Source: Candidatus Rehaiarchaeum fermentans
GTDB lineage: Archaea; Nanobdellota; Nanobdellia; Parvarchaeales; Parvarchaeaceae
Assembly: GCA_025920435.1 (NCBI GenBank)
Contig: JAPDLT010000001.1
Span: 1,539 to 65,538, forward strand
Direction of reading: 5' to 3'
Length of the DNA stretch: 64,000 nucleotides
In this document: positions 19,106 through 29,294 of the stretch, piece by piece
Numbering within the stretch: position 1 is the stretch's first letter
Layout: each line of letters begins with the position of its first letter
Translations under genes and position numbers: made by a program
The notes under the pieces: model-generated
The model's database searches: none
What the model was told of the DNA's origin: nothing
Seen by the model: only the letters and a program-made list of their open reading frames with translations

Positions 19106-21469
19106 CTATAGTACATTAACTACACTTTTTCCAGCTACTTTTCTTACTTCTATTAATCTATTTGCGACTCCTTTGAATAGTTCTTCGTGAGTAACAATTA
19201 TTATTTGATTTATTCCGTTCAATTTAGTTAATGCATTTATAAATGAATTTATGTCTTCCTTGTCCAAACCTACTGTTGGTTCATCCATTATTAACAATTC
19301 TGTTTGTTTTACGCCGGCAAGTCTAGAAGCAATGATTGATAAAGCAATTCTATAAGCCAATGCTGCAATAGTTTTTTCTCCGCCAGATAAAGCAGTTATA
19401 GGAAAAACTTGATTTCCTGTAATAACATTTACATTATATTGATTATCTATTTCCAATTCGTAATCGTTATCTTTTCTTAATTCGTTGAACTTTTCTTTGA
19501 ATAAAGAAGAAAATTCATCTAAAAATTCTGTCCTTACATATTCTCTTATATTTCTTATCTCTTCTCTAAGTCTTTGAATAAGCGAATTTAGCGAAGAAAG
19601 TTTTTTAAGATTTTCTTCTACTTCTTTTTTCTTTTCTAATTTTCTTTTTATTTCATTTAACTCTTCTTCCTTTGATTTTATTTGTGTTTCATTTAGTTCA
19701 ATTATTTTTTCTAAACTTTTTTCTTCACTTTCTGCGCTTTTTTCCTTTTCTAATATTACTTTTAATTCTTCTTTTTTCTCTTTAATTAACTTATCATCGA
19801 AATTTAATTCCACTAATTTTTTATTTATTTCTTCGATCTTCAACTTTCCCTCATTTATTTCTGATTTTAATCTTTCTATTTCGTATCTTAAATTTTCTAT
19901 TTGTTTAACAGCATTTTCAAATTCAAAGTAAGCATTTATTTTTTTCCTTATTTCATTTAATTCCTTTTGATTTTGCTCAATTTTTTTATTTATTTCTTCG
20001 AGCTTTATAATAAAATCATTTAATTCTTTTCTCTTATCTTCTAAATTTTCATTTAATTTACTTTCTAATTCTTTTATAGAATTATCTAAGTTTTCTTTCA
20101 TTGTTTTTTGAATACTTAATTTCATTTCAATTGTCTTTTTATCACTTTTGTTTTTGCTTATAGCTTCTTTTCTTTCTTTTAGAAAGTTTATTCTTTTTTG
20201 GTATTCTTCTTCTATATGAAAACTATCTACTTTATTTTTGCATATTGGACATATTCCTGAAGAAATAGCCTCTTTCTTTTCCTTTTCTAAATTCTCAATA
20301 AATTCATCTATTTGAACAATTCTTCCTACTAATTCTTCTTTATAAACTAAATCTTTATTGTTAAGCAAATTTTCTAATTCTTTAATTTCTCTTTCCAAAT
20401 TTTCTATTTTTTCCTTATTTTCTTTATACTTTTGTTCATTTTCTTTCAATTGTTTTTCCTTATTTTCTATTTCTTTTTGTAATGATGTGACCTTTACTTT
20501 AAGAGAATCTTTTTCGTTATAAAGTAAATTTAAGGAATTGTTTATTTCTTCTTCTCTCCTTCTTATTTCATTTATTGATTCGGTAAATGCTATTTTTTTA
20601 CCTTCTAACTCTGCTATTTTTTTCGAATTCTTTTCAATTAAATCTTCTTTTTCTTTAAGAGATTTTTCTATGATTTCCTTCTCTTTGTTTAACTTTATAA
20701 ATTCTTCTTGCTCTTTTTCCAAAATTTCAATTGTTTTTTCAAGTTCGTTTCTAGTTAATGCTAAATCATTTAAATCTTTTTTAAGTTTTTCCAATTCTTG
20801 CCTTTCTTTTTCAATTTTATCCTTTAGTTCAAAAATTTCTTTTTCTTTTTTAATTATTTCGCTTTCATCTATTTCTAATTTACTTAATTCTTCTAGTCCT
20901 TTTATTTTAAGCTGTATCAACGTTATAATATTCTTTAAGTAATCAAACGTTTCTTGATATTTGTTAAGATTTAAGATTGAATCTATTAGTTTTTGTTTTT
21001 CAGAAGGGCTTTCTAAAACTAAAGTTTTGAGTTCATCTTGTTTGATGTACATTATAGATTCAAAAGTTTTTATTCCTTCTTTATTCAATCCTAATAATTT
21101 TAGTATGTATTTGTTTAGGTCTTCTGCGCGATCAAAAACATTCGCTTTTTTATAGTCTTTTAAAATATAGTTTTTTTCATCGTCATTTCTTACTGCGTCT
21201 TTCACTCGCTTTAATCCTCTAGATATTTCTATTATAGAGTTATTCTCCTCTAATCTTACTATAACTCTTCCATTATTCGCATTTCTTCTTAATAGTAATT
21301 TTCCATCATTATCTGAAGTTTTTCCAAATAATGCATATTCTAACGACATTAAAATTGAGGATTTTCCACTACCAGTGTTTCCTATTATTACATTTATTCC
21401 ATTGCTAAATTCTATTTTATTTTTTTCATGGCTTCTTATGTTTTCAATTTCTATTTCTTTAATTATCAT
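19106..21469 (-). CDS. rad50: Rad50 ATPase
   Basis: GNTGSGKSS Walker A, coiled coil, CPIC zinc hook, LSGGE, LIMDEPT. Confidence 0.95.
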   Translation of the reverse strand: MIIKEIEIENIRSHEKNKIEFSNGINVIIGNTGSGKSSILMSLEYALFGKTSDNDGKLLLRRNANNGRVIVRLEENNSIIEISRGLKRVKDAVRNDDEKNYILKDYKKANVFDRAEDLNKYILKLLGLNKEGIKTFESIMYIKQDELKTLVLESPSEKQKLIDSILNLNKYQETFDYLKNIITLIQLKIKGLEELSKLEIDESEIIKKEKEIFELKDKIEKERQELEKLKKDLNDLALTRNELEKTIEILEKEQEEFIKLNKEKEIIEKSLKEKEDLIEKNSKKIAELEGKKIAFTESINEIRRREEEINNSLNLLYNEKDSLKVKVTSLQKEIENKEKQLKENEQKYKENKEKIENLEREIKELENLLNNKDLVYKEELVGRIVQIDEFIENLEKEKKEAISSGICPICKNKVDSFHIEEEYQKRINFLKERKEAISKNKSDKKTIEMKLSIQKTMKENLDNSIKELESKLNENLEDKRKELNDFIIKLEEINKKIEQNQKELNEIRKKINAYFEFENAVKQIENLRYEIERLKSEINEGKLKIEEINKKLVELNFDDKLIKEKKEELKVILEKEKSAESEEKSLEKIIELNETQIKSKEEELNEIKRKLEKKKEVEENLKKLSSLNSLIQRLREEIRNIREYVRTEFLDEFSSLFKEKFNELRKDNDYELEIDNQYNVNVITGNQVFPITALSGGEKTIAALAYRIALSIIASRLAGVKQTELLIMDEPTVGLDKEDINSFINALTKLNGINQIIIVTHEELFKGVANRLIEVRKVAGKSVVNVL

Positions 21470-22622
21470 ATTCTTTCATTAATTCATCTAAAAGTCTTTC
21501 TGAATCTTTATTTTCTTCACTTGCTGACATTAGTAATTTTGCTATTTTTATTTCTTTTTCGTTAAAGCCCTTTTTTGCAAGGTATTTTTCTTCTATTTCA
21601 TCAATCCTTCTTTCTTTTATCTCTATTTTTTCGCTGCTTTTAGAATCTTGTAATTTGCTTGTGTTTATATTTACATAAGAATAACCGTTTTCCTTGCATA
21701 TTTCCTTTATTCTCTCTATATCTAATTCAGATTTAAATCCGTTCATTCTTCCTTCTAGCTTTATTATTAGTAATTTACCTTCATTTTTGTTAAGTCTTAA
21801 AATTATTTGATTAAATATTTCACTAGCCTTTAAGTTATCTACATTTAAATATATTATTTCCTTTTGTTTTGTAGGGATGTTTATATATTCTATATTTTTA
21901 ATTCCTTCTTCATCATAATCAATTAAATAGAATCCTCTTTCATTGTAGTTTTCTATTTCGAAAGCATCGCAATACTCTAACGAGCCAGGATAGTTTATTA
22001 TTCCTTTTTCGTATTTTATTCCGTCTTTGTGTCCATGCCAGTGTCCTGCAGCGTAATAATCAAAACCCTTGGGCAAATCATTAATATCTATGTCCTTAAA
22101 TTCTTCTCCTAGTTCAGATATTGTGTGATGAAATAAAAATATTTTTATCCACGCATCTTGCATTTCTACTTTTAATTTTTTGAATAAGTCTTCTTGCGCT
22201 CTAGTTCTTTTTCCTTTTATTCCTGCAATGAAAGCATTTTTATACTTCTCTCCTTTCAATATTATTTCATTATCTTCTATTTTCAAATATTTGGTTGAAT
22301 TAAGATTTGTTAAAAGATCACTTTTATCAAAAATATCTATTATACTGTTTTCTTCTCCATATCCAACATCATGAGATCCAGGTATTGCAAATAACTTTAT
22401 TCCTGCATTTTTTATTTTCATTAATTGATCTGTTACAAATATTAAATCTTCAATTCTTGGAAATCCTTCGTTAAACAAATCTCCTGAATGAACTATGAAG
22501 TCTGGTTTTATTTCTATTGCTTTATTAACAAAGTATGAAAATGCTAATTTTATGTCATCGTTTCTTGTTTCGTCTTTATAAACTTTACCTATATGTGTAT
22601 CTCCTAAATGTATAAACTTCAT
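21459..22622 (-). CDS. mre11: Mre11 nuclease
   Basis: GDTHIG, SGDLF, PGSHD, GHWH, YPGS; directly upstream of rad50. Confidence 0.93.
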   Translation of the reverse strand: MKFIHLGDTHIGKVYKDETRNDDIKLAFSYFVNKAIEIKPDFIVHSGDLFNEGFPRIEDLIFVTDQLMKIKNAGIKLFAIPGSHDVGYGEENSIIDIFDKSDLLTNLNSTKYLKIEDNEIILKGEKYKNAFIAGIKGKRTRAQEDLFKKLKVEMQDAWIKIFLFHHTISELGEEFKDIDINDLPKGFDYYAAGHWHGHKDGIKYEKGIINYPGSLEYCDAFEIENYNERGFYLIDYDEEGIKNIEYINIPTKQKEIIYLNVDNLKASEIFNQIILRLNKNEGKLLIIKLEGRMNGFKSELDIERIKEICKENGYSYVNINTSKLQDSKSSEKIEIKERRIDEIEEKYLAKKGFNEKEIKIAKLLMSASEENKDSERLLDELMKEYDN

Positions 22623-22678
22623 AAATATTCATTTTGAAATTTAATTTAAGATTTATTTGAATATTTTTATAATTTACC

Positions 22679-23068
22679 ATGGAGCAAGTATTTAATATAA
22701 AAGTACATAGCTATCACACAGATTGGCAGGGGATTTTGAATTTTGGGAGGTATTCTGAAATTATATCAGAAGCTATAGAAAACGCTTATAAAAATTTATT
22801 AGGTAAAATGGTACCTGTTTGGGGCAAAGTTACTGTAGTTACAAGAAGATACGAAATAGATTATTTTAAACCTTTAAGATTTGGAGACGAAGTAAAAGTA
22901 GTACTTTCCTTTTCAATTAACGGAGATCATTCTTTAAAAGTAGAGTTCAATATATACAAAGGAGAGGAGCTATGTGCAAAGGGTAGTAAGATATTAGTTT
23001 TTATAGATATCGAGAAATGGATTAAAGTTCCAATACCACAAGAAGTTAAGGAAGCAATTATATCTTAG
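22679..23068 (+). CDS. Acyl-CoA thioesterase (4HBT/hotdog fold)
   Basis: V...TD.QG......Y, IDYFKPLRFGD, C-terminal PIP pattern typical of the family. Confidence 0.85.
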   Translation: MEQVFNIKVHSYHTDWQGILNFGRYSEIISEAIENAYKNLLGKMVPVWGKVTVVTRRYEIDYFKPLRFGDEVKVVLSFSINGDHSLKVEFNIYKGEELCAKGSKILVFIDIEKWIKVPIPQEVKEAIIS

Positions 23069-23621
23069 AAATAATCATTAGTCCTTCAGAACTATTTCCT
23101 AATGCTATATATTTACCATTATAAAAAGACATTGCTACATAAGCACAAGTTATTGCATCTACTTCATCCTTTGAAAATTTTCTATTTTCTATGTTAAGGT
23201 AATTAGATAATTTTTTAATTATTTCTTTGCTATTCTTTCTATCTAAACCAGAAATGTCATATACTGCCCCTGGATAAGTTTCTATTACTTTTATTCCTAA
23301 TTTTTCTAATTTATTTTTTATTTTCATGCCACGATAAGTTAATATTTTCATGTATTTCATAGCTAAAGGAAAGTATTTTATTTTCGATTTTTTAAGTTCG
23401 ATATCACATTTCCTCTGGGGCATTCCCTTGGTTATTTTCTTATAGTTTTTTGGTAAAAATAGCGGCGCATCTATTGCTATTATATCACAATTTTTTACTT
23501 TCTCTATAATTTCTTCTGTTCTTCTTAATTTGTTTACATATGTATTGTTTCCTTCTATAACACACACTCCACTATAGTTTTTTTCTAAAGCACTTAGATC
23601 TATTCCTCCTATTAAACTCAT
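23058..23621 (-). CDS. DUF429-family RNase H-like predicted nuclease
   Basis: GIDLSA, IAIDAPL, R.CD..L, IETYPGA, DEVDA..CA. Confidence 0.85.
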   Translation of the reverse strand: MSLIGGIDLSALEKNYSGVCVIEGNNTYVNKLRRTEEIIEKVKNCDIIAIDAPLFLPKNYKKITKGMPQRKCDIELKKSKIKYFPLAMKYMKILTYRGMKIKNKLEKLGIKVIETYPGAVYDISGLDRKNSKEIIKKLSNYLNIENRKFSKDEVDAITCAYVAMSFYNGKYIALGNSSEGLMIISKI

Positions 23622-24551
23622 TTAGTCTTTTCTTATTCCCTCACTTACTCCAGTGAAGTATTCATTTAAAAGATATTTTATTTCATCAGGGTAAAGCAAT
23701 ATTCCGTATCTCTTCTCTAAAATTTTCCATAATTTTCCAATTCGATCTCTTGCAGAATTATTTTGAGCGTGTAACTTTCTCATATAGTGATCTTGTGTAT
23801 AATATTTTTCATTTACTTTTCCATTTAATAAACTTATTATGTCTTCATAAACTAAGTTTTTAGTTATTGTTCTTATCTCATTTACGTAATTATAAGCATC
23901 ACCTACTCTTTTTCCTACATCAAAGAATAAATTTCCTATCTTATTTTCTTTATTTATTAGATCATTTGGATTTTCAATTCCTAATATTATTCCTTTAATA
24001 AATCTATCTGATATAATTCCGTTGGGAGAAGCGTATGGATTCATAAATGTTGCCATTAACGAATCTATTTTCAGCACTTTTACTTCAGTTTCATTAAATA
24101 TTATTATATTTTCTAAGTCATCTTTCATAATCTTAATCGGTCCTACTATACCTGGAAACACTTGAATAGTGGTATTATAGTAGAAAGAATCTTTTCTGGC
24201 TATTTGTATTTCTTCATTTAAGTTGATAACAGGAGAAAGTGTCTGCTTATAATATATATCAAGAGAAGTAGGTCTTTCATAAACTATAAGCAAAGTGACT
24301 GATTTTTTATTATATTTATTAATTATTCCTTTGATTTCATTGATCGAAAGCTCCTTTTCTAAAGGATGAACTAAGTCAACGTCTTTCGAATTTAAAGCAG
24401 ATTTGATACTTTCTTTATTTTGATTTATGATAGAAAATCCTAAACTTCCTATTATTGCTTCGTTTTTATTTAAATTTACTGCTTTTAAATTATTAATTAT
24501 ATATTCAAGATTTTTAGTAAATTCTTTTACTTTAACAGTATTATTACTCAT
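23622..24551 (-). CDS. Hypothetical protein
   Basis: 309-aa ORF with typical composition, abutting the DUF429 gene; no motif recognised. Confidence 0.7.
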   Translation of the reverse strand: MSNNTVKVKEFTKNLEYIINNLKAVNLNKNEAIIGSLGFSIINQNKESIKSALNSKDVDLVHPLEKELSINEIKGIINKYNKKSVTLLIVYERPTSLDIYYKQTLSPVINLNEEIQIARKDSFYYNTTIQVFPGIVGPIKIMKDDLENIIIFNETEVKVLKIDSLMATFMNPYASPNGIISDRFIKGIILGIENPNDLINKENKIGNLFFDVGKRVGDAYNYVNEIRTITKNLVYEDIISLLNGKVNEKYYTQDHYMRKLHAQNNSARDRIGKLWKILEKRYGILLYPDEIKYLLNEYFTGVSEGIRKD

Positions 24552-24602
24552 TCTAGAAATTTAGAACACATTTTATATAAATAAGTTAATTTTATTTAGA
24601 AA

Positions 24603-26009
24603 ATGACGGAGGAAGAAGAATTAAAGTCAATAGCTTATAGAAGGGGAATATTTTTTCCATCCGCGGAAATTTTTGGGGGAATATCTGGATTCTTTGAATA
24701 TGGCCCTATTGGGTTAAGAATATTTAATAATGTTATAAACGAATGGAGAAAGTTTTTATATCGAATAAATGCAATAGAAATAAGTGGTTGTATAATTCTT
24801 CCACAAATAGTAATGCAAGCTTCTGGTCATGTAAATAATTTTTTCGATTATGTAATTAAGTGCAATAAATGTGGCGCTATAAATAGAATTGATAAGCTGA
24901 TAGAAGAACAATTAAATATAAATGTAGAAGGGGAAAATGAAGAATACTTTAAAAAAATATTAAAAGAAAATAAAGTAAAGTGCCCTGGTTGTGGTAATAT
25001 TTTTTCGCCAGAAAGCGAGATTTTTAAATATAATTTAATGATGAAGACTAACGTAGCTAATGAAGAAGCATTTCTTAGGCCAGAAGCTTGTCAAAGCATA
25101 TTTTTAGATTTTAATAGGATTTATTCAATAGAAGGCAAATTGCCTTTAATAATTGCTCAAGTAGGTAAAGCATTTAGAAATGAAATTTCTCCAAGGAATT
25201 ATTTAATAAGAGAAAGAGAACTTTATCAAAACGATATTGAAGTGTTTTTCGAAGAAGATAATTTTGAGCCTTCAGATCTTAAATTCAATCTTTTTATTGA
25301 TAAGAATAATTACTTAAGTGGGAAAGAAGCACTTGAAAAAGGGCTTTTAGAATCTAAGGTTTCTTCACACTTTATTCCTTTGTGGAACGAATTTCTAGTT
25401 TCTCTTGGTTTTAAACAAGAAGAAATAAGATTTAGAAAGCTAGATAAAGATAAAGCATTTTATGCAAAAGAAGCTTACGATGTAGAAATCTTTGATGGAA
25501 AAAACTGGGTAGAAGTAACAGCGATAAATCATCGAGGAAAGCATGATTTGAGCAGATATGCAGAGTTTGGAGCAAAGCTTTCTAAAATAACTAATATTTT
25601 TGAAATTTCTTGCGGTACAGATAGACTAATTTACCTATTACTTCTTAAATCTATTAGAAAAGATGAGAAAAGAACTTGGCTTTCTCTTAATAATAAAATC
25701 GCTCCTTACGCGGCAGAGATTGTTGTAGTTGTTAAGAAAGATGAGCTAATAAAGAAGGCATTAGAAATTTATAATAAAATAGAAAATAAAGAGGACGTTT
25801 ATTTGCTTATTTCAGATAATATTGGAAAGGCATATAGAAAGGGAGAGGAAATTGGTATACCATTTGCCTTCACTATCGACTATCAAACTTTAGAAGATAA
25901 TACCGTTACAATTAGAGATAGAGAAACTACTCAACAAAAACGTATAAATTCTGAAGAGATTAATGATCTGGTTAGAAAAATAAGGAAGGAAGGGTTCACT
26001 TTTCAATAG
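24603..26009 (+). CDS. glyS: Glycine--tRNA ligase (alpha2 type)
   Basis: YGPIG, LRPEACQ, GKAFRNEISPR, C-terminal anticodon-binding domain. Confidence 0.93.
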   Translation: MTEEEELKSIAYRRGIFFPSAEIFGGISGFFEYGPIGLRIFNNVINEWRKFLYRINAIEISGCIILPQIVMQASGHVNNFFDYVIKCNKCGAINRIDKLIEEQLNINVEGENEEYFKKILKENKVKCPGCGNIFSPESEIFKYNLMMKTNVANEEAFLRPEACQSIFLDFNRIYSIEGKLPLIIAQVGKAFRNEISPRNYLIRERELYQNDIEVFFEEDNFEPSDLKFNLFIDKNNYLSGKEALEKGLLESKVSSHFIPLWNEFLVSLGFKQEEIRFRKLDKDKAFYAKEAYDVEIFDGKNWVEVTAINHRGKHDLSRYAEFGAKLSKITNIFEISCGTDRLIYLLLLKSIRKDEKRTWLSLNNKIAPYAAEIVVVVKKDELIKKALEIYNKIENKEDVYLLISDNIGKAYRKGEEIGIPFAFTIDYQTLEDNTVTIRDRETTQQKRINSEEINDLVRKIRKEGFTFQ

Positions 26010-26038
26010 TCTTTTAAATTAATAAAAATAAACTATTT

Positions 26039-26413
26039 ATGATAATTAATTTGATAGCATTTTTAATATATCTTGCTCTAGCTTTTATAGGATTCTTTTC
26101 AGTACTTCTTTCGAGCAGAATTGTAGTAAACATGTCCAAAAATTCAGCTATTATAAAATCTGCTTTTTTTCTAAATAGAGATTCAGTTATTCAAAAATTA
26201 AAACTTATTTATAGCGTAGGAATTCTCTTATTTATAACTGCGCTATTTACATTTTTACAAAAGATTTTTGCCTATGTTTTTACAATTCAACTATTGAATT
26301 ATTTGTTTTATTTTTTGGCTTATATATTCGGAATAATATCTGCAGTACTTTTCTTTTTCGTTTTGTATACGTGGAATAAAATGATCAAGAAATATGTATC
26401 AAAATCTCCTTAA
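26039..26413 (+). CDS. Hypothetical small membrane protein
   Basis: Three TM helices, SAFFLN motif. Confidence 0.7.
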   Translation: MIINLIAFLIYLALAFIGFFSVLLSSRIVVNMSKNSAIIKSAFFLNRDSVIQKLKLIYSVGILLFITALFTFLQKIFAYVFTIQLLNYLFYFLAYIFGIISAVLFFFVLYTWNKMIKKYVSKSP

Positions 26414-26711
26414 TTTCGACTTTATCTACGGTTTATTATCTTTGATAGAATGCTCTATTATATTGTATTTTGATATTTCTTTAATTAAAAGAGTCAAAGC
26501 TAATTCTCTAGTTTATATTTCAAGTTTTATTTTAAATAAAAACAGAATTAATTCATTTGTTGCTTTACTTATAGCTTTCTTAGTCCTCTCCTCCTCATAT
26601 CTAATTTCTTCATTTATTTCATTCTATTCAATTTATAATGAAGTATGGGAAATGGGAAATATAATTGTATTTGGAGCAGTAGCTATTTTTTACTATCTTT
26701 TGCAGAAGTAA
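26394..26711 (+). CDS. Hypothetical small membrane protein (probable paralog of the previous gene)
   Basis: Three TM helices, SSFILN motif. Confidence 0.7.
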   Translation: MYQNLLNFDFIYGLLSLIECSIILYFDISLIKRVKANSLVYISSFILNKNRINSFVALLIAFLVLSSSYLISSFISFYSIYNEVWEMGNIIVFGAVAIFYYLLQK

Positions 26712-26754
26712 AACTTTCAATATACATTTTTAAATAATAACTTAATAAATAAGA

Positions 26755-27375
26755 ATGGACATACAATTAAATAAGTATAAATTGCCTTCTTTACCTTACA
26801 ATCTAGATGCACTCGAACCTTACATATCTAAAGAAATAATGGATGTACATTATAATGGGCACCATAAAGGATATGTAGATGGAATAAACAAATTTATAGA
26901 CAGATACATTCAAGTTTTAAAAGGAGAAACAACTTATGATATTCAAGGAATTATAAGAGGAATAGTTTTTAATTTGAATGGTCATAAACTTCATACACTT
27001 TTTTGGCAAAGCATGGCTCCTGCAGGAAAGGGAGGAGGAGTTCCGGGCGGTATTTTAGCAGATATGATTAATAAACAGTTTGGAAGCTTTGATAATTTTA
27101 AGAAAATATTTATAGAAACGGCGAATTCTCTGCCAGGAACTGGCTGGACAGCTCTTTATTATGATCCAGAAAACAATTCCTTACAAATAATGACATTTGA
27201 AAATCATTTTAATCAACATTTGGCCGAACTTCCAGTTTTGATGATTTTGGACGAATTTGAGCACGCTTATTATTTACAATATAAGAACAAAAGAGCTGAC
27301 TACGTAAATGCGTTTTGGAATTTAGTTAATTGGGAAGGCGCAGAAAACAAGTTAAGAAAGTATTTAACTCAATAA
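26755..27375 (+). CDS. sod: Fe/Mn superoxide dismutase
   Basis: [25 protein letters not shown]. Confidence 0.97.
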   Translation: MDIQLNKYKLPSLPYNLDALEPYISKEIMDVHYNGHHKGYVDGINKFIDRYIQVLKGETTYDIQGIIRGIVFNLNGHKLHTLFWQSMAPAGKGGGVPGGILADMINKQFGSFDNFKKIFIETANSLPGTGWTALYYDPENNSLQIMTFENHFNQHLAELPVLMILDEFEHAYYLQYKNKRADYVNAFWNLVNWEGAENKLRKYLTQ

Positions 27376-27609
27376 TTTAGAAAAATTTTAAGCAATTTAA
27401 TTTTTGATTTATTAAATGAAAATTTTTATTAATTGTAAAGCTCTATTAGAGTATAAAATTTTTTCTTAGTAAATTAAAAAATCTAAAATTGACTTAGCCC
27501 ACGAAATTAAGCGTTTTAGAAGATTATCATTTTTATTTACCTTCAATAGTTAAATTTTAATAATAAATAAAAATCTACAGAGCTTCTTTTAATATTTAAA
27601 ATATTAAGT

Positions 27610-27693
27610 GCAGAGGTAGCGAAGTGGACAAACGCACCAGGCTTAGGACCTGGTCCCATTAGGGGTTCGAGGGTTCGAATCCCTCCCTCTGCA
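27610..27693 (+). tRNA. tRNA-Leu(TAG)
   Basis: GCAGAGG/CCTCTGC acceptor, CCAGG-CTTAGGA-CCTGG, long variable arm, A73. Confidence 0.97.
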
Positions 27694-27806
27694 ATTTTTA
27701 TTTTTAAAGAGTTGCTATCTCTAAATGCTTATTTTTTAATTAGATAATGATTTATGTTCTAATATTCGTAAAATTTCTCTCTTTCCTTTTCAAAAGATAA
27801 CAAAGA

Positions 27807-27814
27807 TTTAAATA
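27807..27814 (+). promoter_or_regulatory. Putative BRE/TATA box of the pilin gene
   Basis: CAAAGA-TTTAAATA, 28 nt upstream of ATG 27835. Confidence 0.5.
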
Positions 27815-27834
27815 TTAGCAATTAAAGTACCAAT

Positions 27835-28377
27835 ATGGATAAATTTAGTAAGATAAGATCACAAGCAGCAACAGAATATCTAATGACATACGGTTGGGCA
27901 TTTCTAATCATAGCAATTGTTGCAGCAATTCTTATTTCTCTAGGAGTATTTAGACCATCTACATCCAACACTATTTCTGGATTTTCTCCATTAAGCCCTC
28001 AATCAGTTAGTTGCCTTTCTGCCACCGTAAACGGTCTTGCTCCTGGTCTCTACATGAGTTTTGTTAATACAGCATCATATAACATGAACATAACTGCTGT
28101 CTCTTTCTCTTCAGCTACTGGTCTTACTATAACTAATAGTAGTGCTATATATGTAGGAAGCAGTGCAAGTAGTGCTTCAGCAGCTGCATCATCAACTACT
28201 TATACAGGTTATACAATACCTAGCGGAGCAACTTTCTACGTATACATGCCTAAAGTTGCTTGCTCTGGCCCTACTTTCAGTGCTTCAGTTACTATAACAT
28301 ATGTAAGCGCAGGACCAACTAATACTGGACTTGCACAAAGTGCTTCAGGAACAATTTCCGGAACAACTACTTCGTAG
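27835..28377 (+). CDS. Archaeal type IV pilin-like protein (class III signal peptide)
   Basis: KIRS/QAATEYLMTYGWAFLII with E at +5 and a hydrophobic helix; S/T/A-rich body, two Cys. Confidence 0.85.
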   Translation: MDKFSKIRSQAATEYLMTYGWAFLIIAIVAAILISLGVFRPSTSNTISGFSPLSPQSVSCLSATVNGLAPGLYMSFVNTASYNMNITAVSFSSATGLTITNSSAIYVGSSASSASAAASSTTYTGYTIPSGATFYVYMPKVACSGPTFSASVTITYVSAGPTNTGLAQSASGTISGTTTS

Positions 28378-28460
28378 ATTGGTAATAAGTGTCTTCTTAA
28401 TTATTTGTTAAAGTTTTTTGTTAGTTTAGTTTTTAGAAAAGTGAGCGATAAAAATATTAA

Positions 28461-29294
28461 ATGTTATGTAGATTAATGATACAGGCCTCTCTTAACGTTA
28501 CTATCTTCGTAATAGCGCTTTCTACTTCGTTGAAGTATCTGGTTATTTATAATCTTTCTTTATATGGAAAAAATGGAACTATTTTTTTACCTATATATGG
28601 AAACCCTGTTGGTTATAATCTAACTTCTTTTTATAATTTAAGAGGAATAAATCTTACTGCAAAAAACAATAGTAAGTACAATATAGTTAGCTATTATTAT
28701 CAACCCTATATATCTAATTCTTCAATTATTCAATTCGTTTTCGTACCGACAGTTTTTTATAAAAATCTCATAATTAAAATTTACGCTCCTGAAGGATGGG
28801 TTATAGAAAATAATTCTTATTCTCCTCCTATTAGTTATTTTATAACGAACGGAAAGAGAATAGGAATAGAATGGTATTTCGTTAATCAAACTCCATTTTT
28901 AATTGATTATTCTACTCCTTACTTAATTTTTAAATTTAATGCCTACCAATTGAGTTATAATTATTATTCCTTGCTTTCTGGGTTTTTATACATAATAGGT
29001 GTTTCCGGAATTATAATTTTGACAATTGTAGTAATAAGTTATTTCTTATCAGGTAAAAAAATAAAGTTTACTAAAAAGCATTCTAAATACAGAATTTCTT
29101 CTTTGTCTTTGTTGAATGATGATGAAAAAGCCGTACTTGACAAAATAGGTAGTTCTTATATTTGGCAAGACGAATTACTTAAAAAATTTGATTTCTCTAA
29201 GGCTAAACTCAGCAAAATTCTTAAAAAATTAGAAACTTTGAAACTAATAAAAATAGAAAGAATTGGTAAGTATAATAAAATAAAAAGAAGATGA
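28461..29294 (+). CDS. Membrane-anchored protein with C-terminal winged HTH
   Basis: N/Y-rich extracellular part, one TM helix, then LNDDEK..Q.EL....FSKAKLSKIL..LE...I...R.G. Confidence 0.8.
   Translation: MLCRLMIQASLNVTIFVIALSTSLKYLVIYNLSLYGKNGTIFLPIYGNPVGYNLTSFYNLRGINLTAKNNSKYNIVSYYYQPYISNSSIIQFVFVPTVFYKNLIIKIYAPEGWVIENNSYSPPISYFITNGKRIGIEWYFVNQTPFLIDYSTPYLIFKFNAYQLSYNYYSLLSGFLYIIGVSGIIILTIVVISYFLSGKKIKFTKKHSKYRISSLSLLNDDEKAVLDKIGSSYIWQDELLKKFDFSKAKLSKILKKLETLKLIKIERIGKYNKIKRR

Noticed and set aside
19550..20900. Low-complexity T-rich periodic sequence
   Set aside because: Explained by the K/E-rich Rad50 coiled coil on the minus strand.
27376..27609. Long intergenic region between sod and tRNA-Leu
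   Set aside because: AT-rich, with no convincing ORF, stable hairpin or repeat.
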